Assembly (NCBI GenBank): GCA_950097015.1
Contig: CATNEN010000025.1
Location: forward strand, 1,612,001-1,676,000
DNA: 64,000 nucleotides
Origin: Macrostomum hystrix
Taxonomy: Eukaryota; Animalia; Platyhelminthes
Reading direction: 5' to 3'
In this document: one piece after another, positions 12,518 to 21,524 of the stretch
Numbering within the stretch: the first letter of the stretch is position 1
Layout of the letters: each line of letters opens with the position of its first letter
The notes under the pieces: generated by a model
The model's database searches: none
Seen by the model: only the letters and a program-made list of their open reading frames with translations
What the model was told of the DNA's origin: nothing
Made by a program: the position numbers and the translations under genes

Positions 12518-12778
12518 TGTAGCCGTCTTAAAGGCTACAACTAAGAAAGGCAGATGTTTGCAGTGGAACGTAAGATAGGACGTTATGCCTTAGCGGTCGC
12601 GCCCCGCTAAGACTTTTGGGCTTGAGTGACTGTATTTATGTGTCAGTATTAACCATAGACAAGAGGATATTATATGCGCTCTATATTAGGGGCTTTGCTC
12701 TAAAGTCGAAGTAACAAGTATGTAAGTTAACGGTGCTGAAGCTTAATATCGCTTGAAACTAGAACTGCTGCTGCTACA
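12518..12778 (-). repeat. 3' LTR
   Basis: 261-bp direct repeat of 16860-17120, preceded on the minus strand by the polypurine tract. Confidence 0.95.
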
Positions 12779-12782
12779 AATA

Positions 12783-12792
12783 CCCCCCTCCC
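12783..12792 (-). promoter_or_regulatory. Polypurine tract (GGGAGGGGGG)
   Basis: Purine run ending 4 nt before the 3' LTR on the element strand. Confidence 0.85.
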
Positions 12793-12911
12793 AAAGGCAG
12801 GTAAGGGGATAACTCATGAAGCATATAGGATCATAAGCAATGTCAAGCAAACACACCTGCGCGCGATAGGGAGCAAACGTCAGTGTCAATGGGGTACAAT
12901 TTACGCATAGT

Positions 12912-15900
12912 TCAAGTGAAAGTGACGCGGCGGGGTCTCAACCGTGAACGTATAGAGTCCTCCGCATCGGTGGTGATGGGCGGCATTTCGCACTGTGGGC
13001 TCGGCAGCCGTGCTGGCTTCACGCGGTCGATGGTCACGTTCGTTGGCGTCCCCCGGATGTCGAGGGTGAATGTAATTGGTGACCTGTGCAGTACGCGAAA
13101 CGGACCCTGGTAAGGTGCTTCTAGCGGCTTCCGTACGCGGTCGAGACGGAGCCAGGCGTGGCTGCAGTCTTCCAGGTTGCCCGGAAGGTGTGTCGGCGTT
13201 TGTCGTGTGCGCGGCAAACGGTAGGGGTAGAAAAGGTTGTGGAAGCGATCGGATAGTTGGTGCAGGCTTGAATCGTCTGTTACTACTGGAGGCACGATTG
13301 GTTGCTCGCCGGTCACTCCGGAAAACGGGCAGTGTCCAGCGTCGTCCGGCTGAATCCGCAGTCCGAGTAGCACAATTGGCAGTTGTTCAAGCCAACAGCG
13401 TCCTCGAGCCCGAAGGGCAGCCTTCAGCGAGCGGTGTGCTCGCTCGACCAGGCCGTTGGATCGGGGGTTGTACGCTGAGGTTCTGATGTGATGGATGCCG
13501 AACAGCTTGGTAAGTTCTGCCATGAGCTCGGCGCGGAACTGGGCACCCTGGTCCGTGATGAGCGTCAGAGGTGGACCGAAGCGAGACACCCAGGCGCTGA
13601 GGAATCCACGGGCGACGGACGCGGCGGAGATGTCGATCAGCGGGACGGCCTCCAACCAACGCGTGTAGGCGTCGATGATTGTAAGTAGGTAGCGTGATAG
13701 TTGTCGACCATCAGCTTCCGGGGGCGTTAATGGCCCGACGATATCCATGTGTACCGTTGTGAATCGCTGAGAGGGTGTTGGTAGCTGATCTAGTGGTCGG
13801 CGCACATGCTGAGTGACTTTGTTGGCTTGGCACTGCTGGCATTCTTCTGCCCAACGGCGCACGTCGCGCGACATCTCGGACCAAAAGTAGCGGTGGCTGA
13901 TCAATCGGCAGCTAGCCTTGACACCAGGATGGGCTAATGAATGAATCGATGTAAAGATGTGCTTTCGCAACTCCGGTGGCACGACTGGCCGCGGATTGGG
14001 GTAGGATGTCTCACAGAGTAGTTGGCAGTCAGTCAGTCCGATGTCAAAGAGCTTGAAAGCGTCGGACTCCGGTGTCGGCGTTGAATCCAACTGTTGTGCG
14101 CGTGCAATTGCCGGTAGGTCAATGCTGGGTAACGCATGCGTGGTTTCGTCTGTCGGGACTATCTCCTGTGCGGCGGCGACCAGCGCCTCGGATGTTGAGC
14201 TGTTTTCGCGGTCTTTTGAGGGCCGTGACAGTGCGTCGGCGACGACGTTGGTTTTTGCCGGCAATGTGAACAATGTCCGTGACGATCTCGGAGATTGCCG
14301 ACATTTGGCGCTGCTGTCTGTCGGAGAAGCGTTCCTTGTTGCTTGCGAAGGCGCCGATAATTGGCTTGTGGTCGCAGAACACCGTCACCGTCTGGCCTTA
14401 AAGCAGGTGTTTCCAAGCTTTGATGGCGGCGAAGATAGCGAGTAGCTCCCGATCGAAGGTGCTGTACGCAGCTTCGGTGTCGGAGAGCTTCCTTGAGAGA
14501 AAGGCGAGAGGCGTAGAGTCACCGTCTACTACTTGGTGCAGGCAGGCTCCGAGGGCCATAAAGCTGGCGTCTGTCGTTACTGTGAAGTTGGCTCGCGGGT
14601 GAGGAAAGGCGAGTGTGACGGAGTCGGCGAGTGCGTCTTGCAGCGAACGCCATGCCAGGTCATGCTCTGGGAGCCAATCGAAGGTGTTGTGCAGAAGTCG
14701 TCGCAGCGGGAGCAGTAGTTGCGCGTAGTGCGGAATGTGGCGCTGATAAAAGCCGAACATGCCGAGGTAGCGCTGTAGCTCCTTGCTGTCCTTGGGCGTC
14801 GGGAGGGCTCGCAGGGCGCTCACTCGCTCAGGCAGTGGTCGGATCCCGTCTCCGGAAATCTGATGACCTAAGAACTCAATGGTGTCCTGGTAGAATTGAC
14901 ATTTGTGAGGGCTCACTCGCAGGCCGGTATCGCTCAGGCGTTGAAGTACGGCATGCAGATGTGCGTCGTGGTCCTCACGGCCGGCGCTGTGGATCAGAAT
15001 GTCATCGATGTAGGTGACGACGAATGGCATGTCGCGGAAAATGGAGTCGACAAATCGTTGAAAAGTGCTAGCTGCGTTGCGCAGGCCGAACGGCATGCGT
15101 AGATACTCAAACGAGCCGAATGGCGTGCAGACTGTAGTTTTCTCGATGTCCTCCTCGGCAATGGGCACGAAGTGGTAGGCCTTGACCAGGTCAAGCTTGC
15201 TGAACACTCGTGCGTTGTGGAGTCGATGATGAAAATGACCGATGTGTGGTATCGGGTAGCGATCTGGCTTGGTCACTGCATTGAGTGCGCGGTAGTCTCC
15301 GCAGGGGCGCCACGAGCCGTCCTTCTTCTTCACCATGTGGAGAGGGGACGCCCATGGGCTGGCGGCGGGTCGCACGATGCCGAGACGGAGAAGCTGGTCG
15401 AACTCCGCCTTTGCTGCGTCGAACTTGGCTGGAGGGAGTGGGCGGGGGCGGCAGAAAAGCGGCTTGCTGTCGGTGATGATCTGGTGACTGACTGTGCTTG
15501 ACGAAGGAGCAGACGAATAGTCTGGGGCTTCTGCTAGTTGTGGGAAAGCGTCGAGAGGTGTTGCTAGCACTGACGATGTAGCTAGTACGCGCGGTGCTAC
15601 TTCCGCTGCTGCATGGAGAGAGGCATTGAGCTCCGTAGTCGGGTCATGCACCCGCTTGTTGCGCATGTCGATCAGGAGACCGAACTTAGCTAGGAAGTCG
15701 GCTCCCAAAATCGGCGGTGTGTTAGTGACAATGAAGTTCGCAGAAAAGAGGCGGCGTAGATCCGGGACAGCGAGGGATAGCGAGCACTGGCCAAGAGTGT
15801 GGAATTCGCGACCATCAACGCTGCGTAGGCGGACTTGCGTGGGAGCCAGCAGGTGTCGAGGAGCGAGGTCCAACGGTAGTAGGGAGCGCTCGGCGCCGGT

Positions 15901-16092
15901 GTCCACAACGAAACGAACAGTTTTTCCGAACAACTTGCAGGGTAGTAACAGCGAAGAGGCCTCGTTGAGGTCATGGCTCGGCCCTGGCGCATGACCTACA
16001 TGTTTGTTGGGCTGACGGCGCGCGACTGGGCCGGCGTAGCCTGGCGGCTGTTGAGCACACGCTGCGGCTTGGATTCGGGCCACTGGCACCAT
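12912..16092 (-). pseudogene. pol: Retrotransposon pol (aspartic protease, RT, RNase H, integrase), interrupted by one stop codon and one frameshift in this sequence
   Basis: Protease VVDTGAERS; [12 protein letters not shown] and YIDD; RNase H TDAS..DRELLAI; integrase HSLAH..CQQC, D-D-E (HMDIVG, ITDQG, VERAH) and GPF motif. In-frame TAA at 14398-14400 where LL-E-GQ is expected; one extra base in the T-run 14252-14256 shifts HIAGK/TNVVADALSR. Confidence 0.92.
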
Positions 16093-16820
16093 GGTCGGCA
16101 GGTGCGAGCGTCTGCGCCGTAGTAGATGTGGGCGTTGCAGACCTTCTGTCTCTGTTGTCGAGGGCGTCGCTGCGGTCGAGCCTCTCGAGCACTTCCTTGG
16201 GGAGAGGCGGTGGGTGTCGCTGTGGCTCGCGCGATGGTGTGGAAAGGTGTCAGGGGACCGGCGACTGCCAGCATGCTGTCGGCGATCTTGGCAAAATTGT
16301 CGAGCGCTTCAGACTCATGGCCGACGAGCGCTGAACGGATGTTGCCGGGTAGGGCGGAAAGCAGGCGAGATTTTACGATCGAGTCGTCTACCTGTAGTCC
16401 AACCTCTGTGAAGCGACGCCGGATGTCCGTAACCAGCTGCGTGGGGCGGCGATCACCGAGCTCGACAGCTGCGAGCGCTTCTTCGATGCGCTGGTGGCGG
16501 TTGGCGCGAAGCATTTCCGTCACGGCCGCCTTCAGCGCTTCGTAGTTGTCTTCAACGTCCACCATGTCACAGGCGACATCTTCTGGCAGCGCGGCCAGGG
16601 CGTGGTGGAACTTTGTCGTCGAGCAGGTAACGCGTGCTAAGATGAATTGGGATTCCAGCTGGCGGAACCATACGTCTGGCGCTTTTCGGTAGAAGGGAGC
16701 CGGGCGGACCGTGCCACGGTTGCCGGGCTCTTGGACAGTAGGTGTAGTGCTGGCTACGTCGGCGGAAGCAGAAGGGCCGTGGTTAGCCTCGTTTCGTCGT
16801 TGGTTTCGTTTGTTGGGCAT
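15996..16820 (-). CDS. gag: Retrotransposon Gag (274 aa)
   Basis: ATG 25 nt after the PBS; [17 protein letters not shown]-terminal motif typical of this gypsy-type Gag; C-terminal [18 protein letters not shown] Cys/His motif; overlaps pol. Confidence 0.88.
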   Translation of the reverse strand: MPNKRNQRRNEANHGPSASADVASTTPTVQEPGNRGTVRPAPFYRKAPDVWFRQLESQFILARVTCSTTKFHHALAALPEDVACDMVDVEDNYEALKAAVTEMLRANRHQRIEEALAAVELGDRRPTQLVTDIRRRFTEVGLQVDDSIVKSRLLSALPGNIRSALVGHESEALDNFAKIADSMLAVAGPLTPFHTIARATATPTASPQGSAREARPQRRPRQQRQKVCNAHIYYGADARTCRPWCQWPESKPQRVLNSRQATPAQSRAVSPTNM

Positions 16821-16844
16821 CGCGGTATTGCAGCCTTGTCACAC

Positions 16845-16856
16845 GCTCTGCTACCA
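16845..16856 (-). promoter_or_regulatory. Primer binding site TGGTAGCAGAGC, complementary to the 3' end of animal initiator tRNA-Met
   Basis: Begins 3 nt inside the 5' LTR; animal tRNAiMet ends in ..CTCTGCTACCA. Confidence 0.88.
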
Positions 16857-16859
16857 ATT

Positions 16860-17120
16860 TGTAGCCGTCTTAAAGGCTACAACTAAGAAAGGCAGATGTT
16901 TGCAGTGGAACGTAAGATAGGACGTTATGCCTTAGCGGTCGCGCCCCGCTAAGACTTTTGGGCTTGAGTGACTGTATTTATGTGTCAGTATTAACCATAG
17001 ACAAGAGGATATTATATGCGCTCTATATTAGGGGCTTTGCTCTAAAGTCGAAGTAACAAGTATGTAAGTTAACGGTGCTGAAGCTTAATATCGCTTGAAA
17101 CTAGAACTGCTGCTGCTACA
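16860..17120 (-). repeat. 5' LTR
   Basis: 261-bp direct repeat of 12518-12778, followed on the element strand by the PBS. Confidence 0.95.
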
Positions 17121-18091
17121 ATCTATTATACTGCAAATCTGAACAACTTCTGAATATGGTCGCATGCATGCAAGATTAATTCTTCAGGCTGCATAATTTA
17201 ACTTTAGGTTAAATTTAGAATCAAGAGATTAAGGCGGCAAGAGCTCTAGTTCAGTTTTTATTCGAGATCTACCGAAGTAATTGTTGACACCATTGAGAGA
17301 AATCAGAAATCGACCAAATGGACCCACTAGGAAAGAGGATTGAAATGAGTTTCAATCAGAGTTTGATATACGAATCCATAACCCTGGAATTACTGATGCG
17401 AATTAAAAACACAAATTTTTATGTATAGCATGCATGGCCATGGGAACAATGTGAGAACTCGGTTTGCCTTGTCAAAAGCAGCTAGATAATTAAGGGCATC
17501 TCATGGCAGTTTCCTCATTGTTATCGAATGGAAAATGCGAGATAAGCTAGAGTTATGTTTTATTAGATAAGATTTTTCAGTGTTTTCGTCCTTTAGATCA
17601 TGAACATATTCTAATGCATGATTATAAGCATCCTATTCTGTTAGTTTATATATTGTATACTTATTGTAACTTTAATGTAATGTGCTATTTGAGATATATT
17701 TTTATGTTGTAATGCAAACCATAAACAAAATATAAAATATAACGATTCGACGCCGTGCATTTTTTCTTTTTTGTAAAGTCTTTCAATATTAATAACTAGC
17801 GTGCAGCTCGCACGTCCTTGCCAGCATGCATGTTGGACTTAACTGGCTAATTTCTAGAATGCACAGCACAGTGTAAATAAAGTTACAATATCAAACACGA
17901 CATGGAAAGGGAGGTGACCAGATATAATTTATCATTGAGTATAAAATAACCACTCTGCAACACAAGCACAAGGACCATTAACAGTTATTACTTCAGTAGT
18001 CCTTGCAAGCTATAACTGAAATTAAGCAAAGCTACCTGCACTCAAAACGTGTTTCTAATACAAGCGTACGTTGTCCATAAAGGCGGAAATA

Positions 18092-20116
18092 ATGTTTATG
18101 CAAGTTTGCATTGTTATTCTGGCGTTGCTACCAACAATGGCTCATTGCCTGCCCAATCCGGTGAGTAATTTCCTGACTTTTTTCTTCTGAAAAACTTTGG
18201 ACATAATAAGATCGATCGAGCTTATCATTCATAATAGTAGTAATTATTAAAATTATACTAGCTAATAATTAAATGAGTATTTTTAATATACATGCCCAAA
18301 TTCGGCCAGATGTGCAGCCGACAGTAGCTATTGCGTGGCGCATCTAAAAGGCTGCGTATAGCTGTTCAGTCCATGGACTGGGGGACGCCGCACCCACCCT
18401 CAATTACCCCAGCTGATGCTTGTACCCATTTAACACCTGGGGTCTACAACAACTGAGGCTACAACTTTCCTAATTGGCCAATATTCAGGTGAGAGGCGAC
18501 CAACTGGGCGACTGCATTCTGCGTGACACCAACTGCCCTGCCAACGGCTCCATGGACTACACCCGGTTCGTACCGCTGGTCCTAGTGCTACAGGAGCTGA
18601 AGACTCCGGACAGGTGCAGCTGCGATCTGAACACGGAGACCTGTCTAAGAGCGTGCCTGTACCCCTACCTGCTGAAAGCATACGCCTTGAGTGCTGTTGC
18701 CCTATCGGGCAAGACTAAGAAGGAGGCCGTTCGCGTGAGTAATTATTGTCAATAATTACCCTGTTAGAGCGTAAACTTTGTAGGAAACTTCAACAGAGCC
18801 TTAATACTGATACTCCTAATACTGTGGGCACTGGCACATCATTTGGTGATAGTGTGGACCCGCAGCTAGCGAGGAGCCAATTTTTTCCATTTCCCTGACT
18901 CCTGAGCACATACGCACACAGGAGTGTACATCTGTCCTGACTTTCTTATCGTCAGGCAGTGTGCACTCTCACTGTGCCATTGATGTTGGCCCCGCAAGGG
19001 CTTTGCACAAGAAGCCCCCAAACCTCTGCTACTGCGCCCCAAAGAAATACTGTCTCGCCGCGAAATCGAGCTCAGAGACCTTAGTGCGAGAGTCAAACGC
19101 TCTGCCACTCACCCTAAATTTGTTATTACGAGTAAAACGTTTTACTGGCATGACAAGTACTTAGATCGTATACGATTGATTATATTGTTACATGTATAAA
19201 CATAAGCTGCCTTGAGATTATCAAGATTATCGCAAAGCTGCTGCTGTGAGATTATTGCTGACTCCTGAGATTTATATGCTAAATGAGATTATGGCTAAGC
19301 ACCTGTTATGCTATGAGATTGTTATGAGATTAAGAAAGGTGCTTCGAGCGTATTAGATTATTGTAATAACACAACTGCAAATTTGCTATGTGATTACGTC
19401 AAAAGCTGCATTCAGACCGTCGAATTGCATGAGCTGAGATCATTTTATATTGAGAATGTTTTCCAGCTTTTGGGAAATCGACAGATTAGGGGGGAGTCTG
19501 TTTGAAGGATCAATTTGCCAATTTTGCGATCTAGGGGACATCAAGGACCTCTAAATGTAAGATGCTTCTTATGCAAGTCCTTGTGGATAGTTCACCAGGT
19601 TTGGAGGAATCGTCGAATTTTAGGGGGTATTGTTAAGTAGTTTGCCAACAATGGAGGCATAAAATAAACAATTTTTCTAACTGAGGCATAACTTGGTTGT
19701 TGGTTATTACGCGGCCGATTAATACACAGCGATCTTAAGAAATATCTAAGAATTAGATAGAATCGTTTGTGGTTCCCGAAGGGGCAACATTTACTAGTCC
19801 ACTATACAAAAAATTATATGTTGCGATCTTCTATCTATCTTGGGAAGGTTCTAAAGGTACATGCCCTTATCTTTCTGTACAGAATGTGATTCGTGAGACC
19901 ATAGCGACAGCAGAACCGCAATTAAAGCCGTGTCTAGTGGAGAATCGCAACTGCGAAAGCCTTGGCATTCCTACTGACAAGAAGTCCATGTCAGAGGCTG
20001 TGACTAGCTTCATCAAGTTATACGAATTGGAACCCGAGTGTCTGTGCGATCTGGACGTTGAAGCCTGCGCCAGGCGCTGTGTGTACTCTGTCATGAAGAA
20101 GAACTATCAGCTTTGA
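18092..20116 (+). CDS. Unrecognised small secreted protein (182 aa) with two 6-cysteine repeats
   Basis: Three phase-0 exons: 18092-18160 (MFMQVCIVILALLPTMAHCLPNP, signal-peptide-like, donor GTGAGT), 18489-18734 (donor GTGAGT), 19883-20116 (acceptor CTTTCTGTACAG, stop TGA). Exons 2 and 3 share C-x6-C-x26/28-C-x-C-D-L-x2-E-x-C-x-R-x-C-x-Y-x4-K-x-Y-x-L. Confidence 0.8.
18305..18472 (-). mobile_element. SINE family 2 (CORE-like) headless fragment in intron 1 of the secreted-protein gene
   Basis: Homologous to 38580-38727; minus strand reads GCCTCAGT..ACCCCAGGTGTTAAATGGGTAC. Confidence 0.65.
18817..19114 (-). mobile_element. SINE family 1 copy in intron 2 of the secreted-protein gene
   Basis: Reverse complement is colinear with the 53431 copy, more diverged. 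Confidence 0.8.
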
Positions 20117-20561
20117 GGACTTTATTCCCAGATTCTCGTGTTGGTTGTTAATTTATTTAATTGTCGGTCAATATAACACTATATCGTCACCACGTGGAAC
20201 AGGCTGATGCAGATAAAATACGCGATCCAGTCAGCAATGAATTGTTGTGTTATTCGTTTCTCTTCCACTAATTTCAATCCACTGACGACTAAACTCAAGG
20301 TTTTTTTGATGCTTTAATTTATTTTAAAGATTAATTTATGTATTAATTTGTAAATTCATGACACACTTTGTTGGCAAATTTCCAGCTGGCATCAGACCCA
20401 ATTTGGGCAGGTGTAATCAATTATAATTGATTATTATCCTTACACCTTTGCGTGAGTACTTTGTGTGAACTACTAAGGCGGAGGTATAAGTCAAACTAAG
20501 TCGCTAAGTCACTAACTACTAAGTCAAAATGTATCAGCATGTCACCCGAATGTGCCTGCAT

Positions 20562-20786
20562 CATCTCCATCGTCGGTGGTCACCTACCTTTATTTAGTAG
20601 GTGACCACCGACGTCACCTAGGCACATTTATTGCTAGGCTAGTCTAGACCTTCAAGGGCTACAACAGGTGGAACTGGGCCACTATGGACACCCTGACGCG
20701 AATTTCTCTGATTTCACAGATCAAGCCTAAATATTAGGCGCAGCTCAACCACAGGACACCATAGCCTAGTCTGTCAACCAATCAGT
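20562..20786. repeat. Dispersed repeat family 3, copy 2, with a perfect 17-bp inverted repeat
   Basis: Matches 3577-3765; arms at 20571-20587 and 20597-20613. Confidence 0.8.
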
Positions 20787-21524
20787 CCCACCCAACGCTG
20801 TTAGCATTCAGGCGCTGCCAAAAAATTTTCTAGAGGGAATCCCCTTGGTATAAAAACGGGCGGCAAAATGGCTTGGTAGTACTACTGTTAAAATAAACTC
20901 AAGATAGAAAATCTTTCATGTAACAAAATCATGTAATGAGTGAATGTCACACAAGTCGCACCTTGCTATCCAATAAAGTACAGTTGGTTTTGAATTCGTG
21001 CCGAGAGGATATATTTATTTTACATAGCACATCAGGAAAGATATGTGCGAGTAATGTGGCAAGTTAATATATAATCTTATACTCAATTTCTTTTCGTCTA
21101 ATAAATAATGCAAGTAAAAAATAAGGTATCAGTAAAGCACGTGTAAAGTACAGTATAACCATTTCTGGCTGCAAATAGCTCAATGAATGTCCCTGCAAAT
21201 TGAAAAACTTAGGAGCGCTATTAAGACTACTGTCGTTTTTTAACTCAGTAGTCACTTGACTGTAGCTAGTAATGTAAATAATGCAATATTTAATTAACTT
21301 TCCGGCAATTTTTAGGAAGCGGAAGAACTTGTTAATTGAACAGACTATTGGCATAATTCTAAAGGTGAGCATGAGAAAAAACAACACAGATAACAGACGC
21401 TACAGGCACACTTCATAGAATTGTAAGACCGGTGATGCTCAAGGTGCGCACTTTAAATTATGGACAATTTTAAGGCCGGCATTGGAAGAGAGTGAAAAAA
21501 CATTAGGCGAGGACAGGGGATTCG

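Larger units (their letters stand above)
12518..17120 (-). mobile_element. Full-length Ty3/gypsy LTR retrotransposon (4.6 kb, no env)
   Basis: Two 261-bp LTRs (12518-12778 and 16860-17120) with TGTAGC..GCTACA ends and no difference found by eye; 4-bp target duplication ATCT (12514-12517 and 17121-17124); PBS, PPT, gag, and pol in PR-RT-RH-IN order. Confidence 0.97.

Noticed and set aside
13076-16886. Many short plus-strand and alternative-frame ORFs inside the retrotransposon (possible env or antisense gene)
   Set aside because: GC-rich shadows of gag/pol; only about 130 bp separate the integrase stop from the 3' LTR, leaving no room for env.
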